From the NCBI GenBank assembly GCA_002726235.1, contig PBSN01000002.1:19010-83009 (forward strand): DNA of 64,000 nucleotides, read 5' to 3'. Of this stretch, positions 50,725 to 61,077 are shown piece after piece; the stretch's first letter is position 1, and every line of letters starts with the position of its first letter. Position numbers and translations under genes: made by a program. Origin of the DNA: Nitrospiraceae bacterium (GTDB lineage Bacteria > Nitrospirota > Nitrospiria > Nitrospirales > UBA2166). Below the pieces are notes generated by a model. That model was given only the letters and a program-made list of their open reading frames with translations, was not told where the DNA came from and did not search any database.

Positions 50725-52833
50725 ATGAGCATGAGACAGAAAGTTGAACTCGAAGTAGCTGGCCGGCCACTCATACTCGAATCTGGCTGGATCGCGAAGC
50801 AAGCACATGGGTCAGTATGGGCACGATATGGAAATACCGTCGTTCTCGCCGTCGCAACAGCGGCAAAAGCTCCGAAACCAGGGCTCGACTTTTTTCCTCT
50901 GACAGTGGAATACCAAGAGAAATCATACGCTGCTGGAAAGTTCCCTGGCGGGTTTTTTAAGCGTGAAGGACGACCTTCGGAAAAAGCAACATTGACTAGC
51001 CGACTCATCGATCGCCCGCTTCGCCCGCTTTTCCCAAAGTCGTTTTCCTGTGAAACTCAAATAGTGACAACGGTGCTCTCGGTTGATGAGACCGGCACCT
51101 CGGATGTCCTCGCAATGACTGCAGCATCAGCAGCGGTAGCAATCTCGGACATTCCCTGTGCTGGACCCATCGCTGGAATCCGAATCGGGCGGGTAAATGA
51201 CGCCTTCGTCGTTAACCCTGACATTGCAACCCTGGAAGAGAGCACTCTAAACCTCATCGTTGCTGGAACCGCGGACGCAGTAATGATGGTCGAAGCTGGA
51301 AGCAACGGCTTGCCAGAAGAAACCATGATTGAGGCAATCTCTCTAGCCCACAACGAAATCAAGAAAATCGTACGTGCAATTGTTGAACTTCAGTCACTGC
51401 TAGGACGTCCAAAGCGTATCGTCGTTGCAGAAGCGATCGATCCAACGCTACAAGACAGCATTGAAAACGCTGCCACTGCGCCCCTGAGAAAAGCACTCAC
51501 AACGACCAACAAGGCCGATCGAGAGCTTGAATTACATACCTTGACACAGGAGATCATCGAACAATTTGGCAATTCCGACCCGGAACGCCAAAGACAGATT
51601 AAGAACATTCTCCACGATATGGAATCCCAGGAAGTCAGGCTCAAAGTCCTAGACCAAGGTATTCGCATTGACGGCCGTGGATTAACTGATATTCGACCGA
51701 TTACGTGCGAAACAAGCGTCCTTCCGCGAACGCATGGCTCTGCGATTTTCACCAGAGGGGAAACCCAAGCCCTTGCGGTAATTACTCTTGGAACAAAGCT
51801 GGATCAACAGAAAATTGACGCCCTCGAGGGCGAAGGATATCGAACGTTTCTTCTACACTATAATTTCCCCCCGTATAGTGTCGGCGAGGTCAAACCTCTC
51901 CGTTCGCCCGGTCGACGCGAAATCGGACACGGCGCCTTGGCCGAGCGTGCACTCGTTCCAATCCTCCCATCACAGACCCAATTCCCATACACGATCCGTC
52001 TTGTTTCAGAAATTTTGGAGTCCAACGGATCGTCCTCCATGGCAACCGTCTGTGCTGGATCGATGGCCATGATGGACACTGGCGTTCCCCTTGAAGAGCA
52101 TGTAGCAGGAATCGCCATGGGCCTGATTAAGGAAGGACAACGCGTTGCGATTCTTTCGGACATTGTTGGCGCGGAAGACCACCTCGGAGACATGGACTTC
52201 AAAGTGTGCGGAACGGCATCAGCCATCACCGCCCTGCAGATGGATATCAAGGTCGGAGGCGTCTCTACAGATGAGATGCGGAAAGCGTTAGAACAAGCCA
52301 AAACTGGACGCCTCACTATACTTGAAAAGATGCGCAAAGCGATTCCACAGCCGAACGCAGACCTCTCAACCTATGCCCCTCGCATCTTTACTCTTAAAAT
52401 TAACCCAGAGAAGATCAGTAGTGTCATCGGGCCAGGGGGCAAAATCATTCGGAACATCGTGGCAGAAACAAACGTCAAAATCGATGTGGACAATTCAGGT
52501 CTTGTCACCATTGCATCGACCGACGAGGCATCAGCAGAAAAAGCACTTTCGATGGTCACCGCACTCACCGAAGAGGTTGAGATTGGAAAACTCTATTTTG
52601 GAAAAGTGAAGAAAATTATGGAATTTGGGGCATTTGTTGAGATTCTGCCGAACGTCGATGGACTCGTTCACATCTCACAACTCGCGCCTCACCGCGTCAA
52701 CACTGTTTCTGACGAAGTCTCGGAAGGTGACCAATTCATGGTGAAGGTGCTAGATATCGACAAACAAGGCAAAATCAGGCTAAGCCGCAAAGAAGCGATG
52801 AATCCCAACGACGACAAACCGGTCAATGAATAG
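50725..52833 (+). CDS. pnp: polyribonucleotide nucleotidyltransferase
   Basis: FFPLTVEY, RLIDRPLRP, FTRGETQ, ESNGSSSMA, GDMDFKV, KH and S1 domains. Confidence 0.98.
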   Translation: MSMRQKVELEVAGRPLILESGWIAKQAHGSVWARYGNTVVLAVATAAKAPKPGLDFFPLTVEYQEKSYAAGKFPGGFFKREGRPSEKATLTSRLIDRPLRPLFPKSFSCETQIVTTVLSVDETGTSDVLAMTAASAAVAISDIPCAGPIAGIRIGRVNDAFVVNPDIATLEESTLNLIVAGTADAVMMVEAGSNGLPEETMIEAISLAHNEIKKIVRAIVELQSLLGRPKRIVVAEAIDPTLQDSIENAATAPLRKALTTTNKADRELELHTLTQEIIEQFGNSDPERQRQIKNILHDMESQEVRLKVLDQGIRIDGRGLTDIRPITCETSVLPRTHGSAIFTRGETQALAVITLGTKLDQQKIDALEGEGYRTFLLHYNFPPYSVGEVKPLRSPGRREIGHGALAERALVPILPSQTQFPYTIRLVSEILESNGSSSMATVCAGSMAMMDTGVPLEEHVAGIAMGLIKEGQRVAILSDIVGAEDHLGDMDFKVCGTASAITALQMDIKVGGVSTDEMRKALEQAKTGRLTILEKMRKAIPQPNADLSTYAPRIFTLKINPEKISSVIGPGGKIIRNIVAETNVKIDVDNSGLVTIASTDEASAEKALSMVTALTEEVEIGKLYFGKVKKIMEFGAFVEILPNVDGLVHISQLAPHRVNTVSDEVSEGDQFMVKVLDIDKQGKIRLSRKEAMNPNDDKPVNE

Positions 52834-52956
52834 GGTTTCTCTCGCTCCTCATCACCTCGGCAAAGGCTGAGTCACGGTTTATCAGGATTTCTGAATTCCG
52901 GCATGTACAGGAATGGCGGACTAGTACATGGATAACCTTTACATGCGAATATCGCC

Positions 52957-54240
52957 ATGATGCAACGTACAGGACAACAACAGGACGCTCAATACCATCG
53001 TGTGACGCTAGACAATGGTGTTCGCGTTGTGAGCGAATACATTCCGTCACTGCGGTCCGTTTCGCTCGGCATCTGGATAGACGTCGGCTCCCGAGATGAA
53101 CTGCGGGGTGAAGAAGGCATCTCACACTTCATTGAGCACATGTTTTTCAAAGGAACTGCTCGGCGATCAGCAGACACGATCTCTCGCGAGATCGACCAAA
53201 TGGGAGGTGAACTCAATGCATTCACCTCTCGAGAAACAACAGCCTTTTACCTCAACGTCCTTGATAACGACCTCATCAAAGCAATTTTGCTTCTCATCGA
53301 TCTCTTTCAACATTCAACCTTCGCGGCACGCGAACTCGAGAAGGAGAAACAGGTCATTCTCGAAGAAATGCGCATGATCCAAGATGATCCGGAAGACTAC
53401 GTGCATGATCTTCATGCCTCCAATGTCTTAAAACGCCATCCGCTTGGGCGCCCAATCATTGGAAGCGAGAATGCGATTAAGCAACTTCAAAGATCAGACC
53501 TCCTCAACTATCGGATGCGTCATTATCATCCCGAAAAAATCGTCATTTCTGTTGCAGGCAAATTTGACCAACGTATCCTCATCAATACATTATCCAAAAC
53601 CTTCGGACGACTTCAAGCTAGCGCCTCTCCTTCAAATGGCCGATCTCGGCCAACGATCACCCCCGGAGTAGTCGTTCGTAAAAAACGCCTAGCACAAACC
53701 CATCTCTGTTTAGGGGTCAAGGGACTCCCACGCGATCATCAAAACCGATATGCCCTTGGCCTCCTGAATTCAATGTTAGGCGGTAGCGTCAGTTCCCGTC
53801 TATTTCGTGAAATTCGAGAGAAACGCGGCCTTGTATACTCAATCTATTCGTGCCTCTCCACCTTTGAAGATGTCGGCATGCTCACAATATATGCTGCTAC
53901 TCAATCCACAGAAGTCCCACGCGTTCTCAAGCTGATAATGAAGGAACTTCAAAAGTTTCATGCCGGCATTCTTGAGACCAATGAGCTACGGCGCGCAAAA
54001 TGTCACATTAAGAGCACCATCATACTTGGCCTTGAAAGCACCAGTAGCCGCATGACCAAGCTAGCCAAGGATGAGATGTACTCCAGACGCTATATACCAT
54101 TACAAGAGATCATGGCTGCAATTGATCGTGTCAAAGCTTCTGAAATTAAACGCTTAAGCCACGAACTTATCGACAAACAATTCCAGACAGTGACCGCCCT
54201 TGGACCACTTTCACGTCACACCCTCCAAGAAATTTTATAA
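52957..54240 (+). CDS. M16 family zinc peptidase
   Basis: HFIEH (HxxEH), NAFTSRE, SSRLFREIREKRGLVY. Confidence 0.95.
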   Translation: MMQRTGQQQDAQYHRVTLDNGVRVVSEYIPSLRSVSLGIWIDVGSRDELRGEEGISHFIEHMFFKGTARRSADTISREIDQMGGELNAFTSRETTAFYLNVLDNDLIKAILLLIDLFQHSTFAARELEKEKQVILEEMRMIQDDPEDYVHDLHASNVLKRHPLGRPIIGSENAIKQLQRSDLLNYRMRHYHPEKIVISVAGKFDQRILINTLSKTFGRLQASASPSNGRSRPTITPGVVVRKKRLAQTHLCLGVKGLPRDHQNRYALGLLNSMLGGSVSSRLFREIREKRGLVYSIYSCLSTFEDVGMLTIYAATQSTEVPRVLKLIMKELQKFHAGILETNELRRAKCHIKSTIILGLESTSSRMTKLAKDEMYSRRYIPLQEIMAAIDRVKASEIKRLSHELIDKQFQTVTALGPLSRHTLQEIL

Positions 54241-54326
54241 CACCCCTCAGGAATTCAGCCGACGACAGTTGAACCTCCAAGCGCAATATACTGACTGTGA
54301 TAACGTGCAATAACGTTTTTTTTCTA

Positions 54327-54355
54327 TTGACAACTTCAAGATGGCCAGCTATTCT
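54327..54355 (+). promoter_or_regulatory. putative sigma70 promoter of the HU gene
   Basis: TTGACA-N17-TATTCT preceded by a T-rich UP-like tract. Confidence 0.65.
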
Positions 54356-54418
54356 TCCATCCAGTCGACCATGGCAAACAATTAATATTCACCGTCGCTA
54401 GGGGGGGGAGAGCGTGTC

Positions 54419-54709
54419 ATGTCAAAACCGATGACAAAGTCTGCAATCGTCGAGCATCTTGCTAACAAATCAGGGTTCACAAAAAAGGCCACCTCTGAGA
54501 TTCTTGATGAGATAGCAAAGCTTTCCTATCGAGAAGCTAAGAATACATTTACCCTTCCTGGAATCGGCAAACTTGTCCTAGTGAACCGAAAAGCACGAAA
54601 GGGACGCAATCCTCAAACCGGTGAAATGATAAAAATCCCAGCCAAGCGCGTCGTAAAGTTCAGAGTTGCAAAGGTGTGCAAAGATTCAGTCGCCGGTAAA
54701 AAGAAATAA
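54419..54709 (+). CDS. hup: HU family DNA-binding protein
   Basis: MTKS, GIGKL, RKARKGRNPQTGE.IKIPAK.VVKF. Confidence 0.96.
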   Translation: MSKPMTKSAIVEHLANKSGFTKKATSEILDEIAKLSYREAKNTFTLPGIGKLVLVNRKARKGRNPQTGEMIKIPAKRVVKFRVAKVCKDSVAGKKK

Positions 54710-54799
54710 CCGACACGCAAATCCCGTCATCCAAACATTAGCATTCCGTGACTTTCCGAAGCAGGCATCGCGTCGATATTTTGGTGCTGGGTTCGTCTG

Positions 54800-57469
54800 A
54801 TGTCAGACCAGTCATCCATCACCATCAAGGGCGCGCGTGCACATAATCTTAAAAATATAAACGTTGCGCTCCCTCGTGATCAGCTGGTAGTGATCACGGG
54901 GCCAAGCGGTTCAGGAAAGTCTTCTCTCGCCTTCGACACCGTCTATGCTGAAGGACAGCGGCGCTACGTCGAATCGCTCTCAGCCTACGCAAGACAATTC
55001 CTTGAGCGAATGGACAAACCAGAGGTCGATAGCATTGAAGGGTTGTCTCCTGCAATTTCCATCGAACAGAAAACAGCATCGCGCAACCCACGATCTACCG
55101 TTGGCACGGTCACAGAAATTTACGATTACCTTCGTCTTCTCTTCGCCCATATTGGGCAACCATTCTGTTTCCGATGTAGTCAGAAAATTACCGCGCAAAC
55201 CATACAACAAATGGTTGATTCGGTCATGGCCTTGCCACAAAACTCACAATGTCTAGTTCTTGCCCCAATTGTGAGAAGACGGAAGGGAGAATATCGGAAA
55301 GAACTTATCGAAATGCGCCGACAAGGATTTGTTCGCGCCAGAATCGACGGTGTCCTGCACGATCTCGGCAATGACATTGTACTTGATAAAAAGAAGATGC
55401 ACACCATCGAAGTGGTGGTTGATCGGCTCGTTCTAAAATCAGATCACGGCGATCGCCTCCGCCATCGCCTAAGCGATTCTATGGAGATCGCAAAAAACCT
55501 CACCGGCGACCTAGTCGGAATCTGTCTCGACAATACCACTGATTTGCTCTTTAGTGAAACACTCGCATGCGTCAAGTGCCAAGTAAGCTACCCTGAACTA
55601 AGCTCACGTTTATTCTCATTTAACAGCCCCTATGGAGCCTGTTCTGCCTGTGATGGCCTCGGGCTTACTCCGACGAGTGCGATCACGGCTGAGTTACCCG
55701 ATGACCTTGGTGCAGCTTATGGCCGTCGATATGACGAGTTCCTTCAATGTCAAACATGCAGTGGAAGTCGATTAAAGCTCGAAAGTCTCTCGGTACGCAT
55801 TGGGGGCTACAACATTGCTGAGATATGTCACCTCTCCGTACGTGATGCGGAAAGTTTCTTCGCACAACTCGATCTCAAAGAACGAGAAGCTGTCATTGCC
55901 AGAAGTATATTGAAGGAGATTCGTGACCGCCTGGGATTCCTCATAAACGTTGGCCTTGACTATCTCACGCTTGATCGAGCAGCTGCCACACTTTCCGGTG
56001 GAGAAAGTCAGCGAATTCGCCTGGCAACCCAAATCGGATCACGCTTGGTTGGAGTACTATACATCCTAGACGAACCAAGTATAGGGCTTCATCATCGAGA
56101 CAATCGCCGACTTCTTGCAACGCTCAGGGAACTCCAGGAATTGGGCAATACCGTCGTCGTCGTGGAACATGACGCAGATACAATCCGAACTGCTGACTAC
56201 GTGCTGGACATGGGGCCAGGGGCTGGGGTGCACGGTGGCACTATCGTTGCCAGCGGAACACCACACGAGATAATGGATAATGCCTCGTCGCTTACAGGAC
56301 GTTACCTGTGTGGAGACAATGCTATCTCTCTTCCCGTCCGGAAGAGACAAGCGACTCGGTTTTTAACTGTAGAAGGTGCCTTCACCCATAACCTTAAAGA
56401 TGTCACCACACACATCCCACTCGGGTTGTTCACATGTGTCACTGGAGTATCTGGATCAGGAAAGAGTTCGCTGATTTTCGATGTTCTCTATCGCTCTCTC
56501 ATTCAAACGTTGTACAGAAGAGACGGAAAGCGAAAAGTCGTAAAATCATCAAGGAAACTCCAGCGTCTTGCTGGTTGTCGTGCTCTCAGCGGCATAGAAC
56601 ACATCGATAAGGTGATCAATATTACTCAAGATCCGATCGGGCGAACGCCACGATCCAACCCGGCGACATATACTGGACTATTTACCTACATCCGAGAATT
56701 TTTCGCACAGCTTCCAGATTCGCGAATGCGCGGCTACCGTGCAGGACGGTATAGCTTTAACGTCAAAGGCGGCCGTTGTGAAGCATGCCGGGGCGGCGGC
56801 CTGATCACAATTGAGATGCACTTTCTCCCAGATATTTTTGTGAAATGTGAAGTCTGCGACGGTCACCGCTACAACCGAGAGACGCTAGATGTTCGGCATC
56901 AAGGACGCAATATCGCCGACGTGCTTAATCTGACGGTCGAGGAGGCCATCGAGTCCTTTCAGCATCTCCCGCTTATCCGTCGAAAGCTCGAGACGTTACG
57001 CGATGTCGGACTTGGATATATAAGGCTTGGACAATCAGCAACCACATTATCTGGGGGGGAGGCTCAACGCGTCAAGCTGTCAAGGGAACTATCAAAACGG
57101 CCGACCGGGCGCACCATCTATATTCTCGACGAACCGACGACGGGCCTACATTTTGTTGATATTCAGAAGTTGCTTGACGTACTTGATAGGCTTGTTTCTG
57201 CCGGAAACAGTGTGGTCGTGATTGAACACAACCTCGACATTATCAGACATGCTGACCACATTATCGACCTAGGACCGGAGGGGGGAGATCGAGGAGGAGA
57301 AGTCATCGCCACGGGACGACTGGAAGAGATACTGGAGATTAAACACTCTCACACCGGTCACGCGCTGTTGCAATCCGGCATCAGTATACACCCGCACCAC
57401 TCCACCACGGAGCCGGCGCGAAAGCAACGTTCTACGTCATGCCTCCAAGACAGCTTAACAAGCTATTGA
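54800..57469 (+). CDS. uvrA: excinuclease ABC subunit A (insertion domain largely absent)
   Basis: [58 protein letters not shown]. Confidence 0.97.
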   Translation: MSDQSSITIKGARAHNLKNINVALPRDQLVVITGPSGSGKSSLAFDTVYAEGQRRYVESLSAYARQFLERMDKPEVDSIEGLSPAISIEQKTASRNPRSTVGTVTEIYDYLRLLFAHIGQPFCFRCSQKITAQTIQQMVDSVMALPQNSQCLVLAPIVRRRKGEYRKELIEMRRQGFVRARIDGVLHDLGNDIVLDKKKMHTIEVVVDRLVLKSDHGDRLRHRLSDSMEIAKNLTGDLVGICLDNTTDLLFSETLACVKCQVSYPELSSRLFSFNSPYGACSACDGLGLTPTSAITAELPDDLGAAYGRRYDEFLQCQTCSGSRLKLESLSVRIGGYNIAEICHLSVRDAESFFAQLDLKEREAVIARSILKEIRDRLGFLINVGLDYLTLDRAAATLSGGESQRIRLATQIGSRLVGVLYILDEPSIGLHHRDNRRLLATLRELQELGNTVVVVEHDADTIRTADYVLDMGPGAGVHGGTIVASGTPHEIMDNASSLTGRYLCGDNAISLPVRKRQATRFLTVEGAFTHNLKDVTTHIPLGLFTCVTGVSGSGKSSLIFDVLYRSLIQTLYRRDGKRKVVKSSRKLQRLAGCRALSGIEHIDKVINITQDPIGRTPRSNPATYTGLFTYIREFFAQLPDSRMRGYRAGRYSFNVKGGRCEACRGGGLITIEMHFLPDIFVKCEVCDGHRYNRETLDVRHQGRNIADVLNLTVEEAIESFQHLPLIRRKLETLRDVGLGYIRLGQSATTLSGGEAQRVKLSRELSKRPTGRTIYILDEPTTGLHFVDIQKLLDVLDRLVSAGNSVVVIEHNLDIIRHADHIIDLGPEGGDRGGEVIATGRLEEILEIKHSHTGHALLQSGISIHPHHSTTEPARKQRSTSCLQDSLTSY

Positions 57470-57650
57470 AATACTCGATACGTATCAAAATTACACCTGC
57501 ATGACAAGCCACTTGGCTAATAGAACACCATCGGCATCATGTTAAAACAACAAGACCGCAGGCCTGTTGATACCAGAATCGTACATGGGCGTACGTGAGA
57601 GTAGCAACGGGCCGAGAACTCCACTGATACCTTTTTCAACATTCTGCTAG
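57455..57650. mobile_element. degenerate MITE-like dispersed repeat, copy 3
   Basis: Left TTAACAAGCTATTGAAATACTC (degenerate) and right CCTTTTTCAACATTCTGCTAG. The reverse complement aligns with 9006-9110. Overlaps the stops of uvrA and comEA. Confidence 0.75.
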
Positions 57651-57946
57651 CTTTCCTCATCTACGGTGACATGCTCCCTAAACTTTTCTAACGTCTCTTT
57701 TCCGATACCTTTAACATTCAGTAGATCATCCACAGCGTTAAATAACCGCTCGTTTTCTCTATATTCTACAATTCGCTCAGCGTGTACCTTTCCGATCCCC
57801 GTAATCGGCTTCAACTCCTCCACTGTAGCAGTGTTGATATTGACATTGTGGTCTGCATAAACAGCAGCTATGCTCATGACCATCACAATGCTCATGATCC
57901 CAATAAACGGGATGCTGTCCACAAACAATATCCTTCGCTTCCTCAT
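57647..57946 (-). CDS. comEA: ComEA-like helix-hairpin-helix DNA-binding protein
   Basis: Signal/TM followed by VNINTATVEEL..ITGIG...AERIVEYR...F..VDDLLNVKGIG. Confidence 0.92.
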   Translation of the reverse strand: MRKRRILFVDSIPFIGIMSIVMVMSIAAVYADHNVNINTATVEELKPITGIGKVHAERIVEYRENERLFNAVDDLLNVKGIGKETLEKFREHVTVDEES

Positions 57947-58019
57947 AAGTCCTATCCTCTCTAATGAGTTAGATGAGCGAAATACCAGCACTTCATCTAA
58001 GTCAACAGACCAGACCTCC

Positions 58020-59909
58020 TCATACCTCTGGCCTCTTCACCAATGGGACAGGAGGAGAAAGCGGCTGATCCGCCGGGCGATACGTTGGAACGACTTTTTT
58101 GAGAGCATCAATCACTCCCCGAGCGTCCCCAAGTTCCGCGCGCTTTTCTAACTCTTCCACAGTCTTGGCCAAAAACGCCGATTCTGGGACATAATTGGGA
58201 CGAATTCTGAACACTCGCTCAACCGACGAAGGCTCAAGCGTCTCGTTCGTATCAATCAATTCTTCCTGCAATTTCTCACCGGGGCGCCTCCCCACAAAGG
58301 TGATTAAAATTTCCTCTTCGGGGACAAACCCCGACAAGAGAATCATATTCCGTGCTAAGTCGACAACTTTAATCGATTCACCCATTTCAAGCACAAAGAG
58401 TTCACCTCCCTTAGCTGATGCTGCAGCGTACAACACCAACTGCACCGCTTCAGGAATCAACATAAAATATCGCCGCATTTCCGGATGCGTAACCGTCACC
58501 GGTCCCCCCGCCTTAATCTGCTCAAGAAAACGCGGGATAACGCTGCCGGCACTTCCCAACACATTTCCAAACCGTACTCCAGTGAACGCACGCCCGTTGC
58601 TGGAGTGCACCCCCTGCACTAATAATTCTGCTACCCTCTTTGTGGCCCCCATCACACTAGACGGACTCACCGCTTTATCTGTTGAAATAAGGATAAAATG
58701 TCGCACATTGTGGCGTTGGGACACCTGAGCCATCACTTGAGTTCCAACAATATTATTCTTGACAGCCTCGCAGGGATTCAGTTCCATGAGCGGAACATGT
58801 TTATGAGCCGCAGCATGGAAGACCACCTCAGGTTGATGCTCAGAAAAAACGGCATCAACACGCTTTTCGTCAGTCACATCACCGATCACTGCATGCACAG
58901 GCCACGCCTTGTTCGCTGCGGCCAACTCACTCGCCACCGTATACAACCCATACTCATAGCGTTCGTACAAAATTAATGCCGATGGGTGAAACGAAATAAT
59001 TTGCCGGCATAACTCAGTGCCAATAGAACCACCAGCACCAGTCACCATAATTCGTTTGCCTTGAATCAGGCGTTTAACCGGTTCAGGATCGAGCCCTACT
59101 GGCGCACGCTCCAGTAAATCACTGATAGAAAGGCTCCGCACCTGGCTCATATTGACATCACTTCTAGACAGATCGCGCACATTTGGCAGTGTCTTAATTG
59201 GAATCTTGGATGGTGCCAATGTCTGGACAACCTCACGAATTGGTCCGGGCTTCACCGAAGGGATCGCAATGAGAACGGCGTTAGGGCGGGTGGCTTCCAC
59301 TACCTCAGCAAGGGCACCACGCGTCCCCAATACCTTGACCCCATGAATATGCCCACCAACCTTCGCAGGATCATCGTCGAGAAACCCAACCGGCTCGAAC
59401 TCGTACGACGGATTGTTTTGCATATCACGAACAATCCGCTCACCAGCACCTCCCGCACCATAAATCAATATCCGCTTCCCTGGCTTCACACGACCAATAT
59501 CACGGTATACTCGGCGTGCCATCCTACTTCCGCCAAGCAAGACAATCAGCACGAGCGCATCGATAAGGACAATCGGCTTGGGGTACGTATCCTCGCCCAG
59601 CCCCCAGTAGATCACCATGTAGAAGATGATTGTGCTGGTGACAACGGCTCCAATAATATTGCGAAGATCATAGATGCCAGCGTATCTCCACAGCCCTTCG
59701 TACAGCCTAAATGGAATAAATGTCAGCCCTCGAATCACCACCAGCCATGGCACCATATCGACGAACCGTCCCAACATCTCATCTGGAATGACTGGCCCAA
59801 ACTGCAACCAGAAGGCAATAAAGTTCGCCAAAACAATCAAACCCACATGCAAAAGAACAACAAATGGGCGGCGATATTCTAAGAGAAATTGCTTCACAAC
59901 AAGACCCAA
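58020..59909 (-). CDS. nucleoside-diphosphate sugar 4,6-dehydratase (CapD/PglF/WbpM family)
   Basis: Four N-terminal TMs, IYGAGGAG, VTGAGGSIGTEL, HAAAHKHVP, STDKAV, RFGNVLGS. Confidence 0.95.
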   Translation of the reverse strand: MGLVVKQFLLEYRRPFVVLLHVGLIVLANFIAFWLQFGPVIPDEMLGRFVDMVPWLVVIRGLTFIPFRLYEGLWRYAGIYDLRNIIGAVVTSTIIFYMVIYWGLGEDTYPKPIVLIDALVLIVLLGGSRMARRVYRDIGRVKPGKRILIYGAGGAGERIVRDMQNNPSYEFEPVGFLDDDPAKVGGHIHGVKVLGTRGALAEVVEATRPNAVLIAIPSVKPGPIREVVQTLAPSKIPIKTLPNVRDLSRSDVNMSQVRSLSISDLLERAPVGLDPEPVKRLIQGKRIMVTGAGGSIGTELCRQIISFHPSALILYERYEYGLYTVASELAAANKAWPVHAVIGDVTDEKRVDAVFSEHQPEVVFHAAAHKHVPLMELNPCEAVKNNIVGTQVMAQVSQRHNVRHFILISTDKAVSPSSVMGATKRVAELLVQGVHSSNGRAFTGVRFGNVLGSAGSVIPRFLEQIKAGGPVTVTHPEMRRYFMLIPEAVQLVLYAAASAKGGELFVLEMGESIKVVDLARNMILLSGFVPEEEILITFVGRRPGEKLQEELIDTNETLEPSSVERVFRIRPNYVPESAFLAKTVEELEKRAELGDARGVIDALKKVVPTYRPADQPLSPPVPLVKRPEV

Positions 59910-59994
59910 GTTACACGAAATCCGTGCATTTTACCGCGTCACATTCACTCCAGCCGTCATATGAAGGCCAATCATACCGCACCGGTCATTGATT

Positions 59995-61077
59995 TTATAC
60001 GTCTTGGGAGTTTTTTTTCTCCACCATTCGTACCCCCACCATCAAAACTCCATAGAGTACAGCCCAGCCACCTAGCAAGATAAGCCGTGCACCATCGCCC
60101 AAAAACGTATACAGAATTGCGCCACACCCACAGACACACATCAAAACATACTCCATCCACACTGTCCTTTTGCGTCCCCACCCAGAGAGAACCAACCGTT
60201 GGTAATAATGCTCTCGATGCGGCAACCATATTTTCTTCCCTTGAAACAAGCGACGTAAAAGCGTAGCGGTCGCGTCCATGATAAACGGAGAGAAAATCAA
60301 GATCGGGACCCACACATCGAACACCCCAGCACTAATCCCTACGACGGAAAGTGCCCCAGCGAGAAATCCAAGTGAGATACTCCCAACATCGCCCATAAAA
60401 ACTTTGGCTGGAGGCATGTTATACACGAGAAACCCTCCAGCTGCAGCTACAATGAACAACGCAAGAGCCCCAAGAGCTTCATGACCACCAATCCAAGCAC
60501 TACCACTGAGAAACGCAAATCCTAAAACCGTCATCCCCCCAGCAAATCCGTCCATCCCATCCATAAAATTATACAAATTCACAATCCACATAAGGAACAA
60601 AGCAGTCAGAAATGCAGAAGCATCTCCTAGTACCCACGTTCCAAGGAGTGGGATTGCAATGGTGTCGATTTTGACACCCACACCAAAGACCACGCTGCAT
60701 GCCACCACCGCATGGACTCCGAACCGAATACCAGGTGACACACCCACCCGGTCATCTGCAAACGACACCACAGCAATACACAAAGTTAAGAGAAGAATCC
60801 ACTGGATCTGCTGAATCTGAAAGGAGTCGAAATGCGACCAGATGGCTCCATGCAACCATCCCGAGACACGGCCAGCATAGACCAACAGAAGCCCGGCAAA
60901 GAGACTCCCCAATATCGCAATACCTCCGATTCGCGGCGTAGGATGGCTATGTAAGGAGCGTTCGTTGGGATAATCAAGCAGGTAAAAAAGGCGAGAACTA
61001 GGCGAGGAGAGACAGCGGGTCAGCCAGTACGATGATAGGAGGACAAACGCAGCAACAACAAGATTCTCAAGGTTCAC
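59995..61077 (-). CDS. MraY/WecA-like polyprenyl-phosphate sugar-1-phosphate transferase (WbpL-like)
   Basis: PNERSLH..PTPRIGG, NLYNFMDGMDG, FMGDVGS, HREHYYQRL. Confidence 0.93.
   Translation of the reverse strand: MNLENLVVAAFVLLSSYWLTRCLSSPSSRLFYLLDYPNERSLHSHPTPRIGGIAILGSLFAGLLLVYAGRVSGWLHGAIWSHFDSFQIQQIQWILLLTLCIAVVSFADDRVGVSPGIRFGVHAVVACSVVFGVGVKIDTIAIPLLGTWVLGDASAFLTALFLMWIVNLYNFMDGMDGFAGGMTVLGFAFLSGSAWIGGHEALGALALFIVAAAGGFLVYNMPPAKVFMGDVGSISLGFLAGALSVVGISAGVFDVWVPILIFSPFIMDATATLLRRLFQGKKIWLPHREHYYQRLVLSGWGRKRTVWMEYVLMCVCGCGAILYTFLGDGARLILLGGWAVLYGVLMVGVRMVEKKNSQDV

Noticed and set aside
57870..57900. Short imperfect tandem repeat (ATGCTCATGA twice) in comEA
   Set aside because: Only two 18-bp-period units encoding the hydrophobic signal segment.
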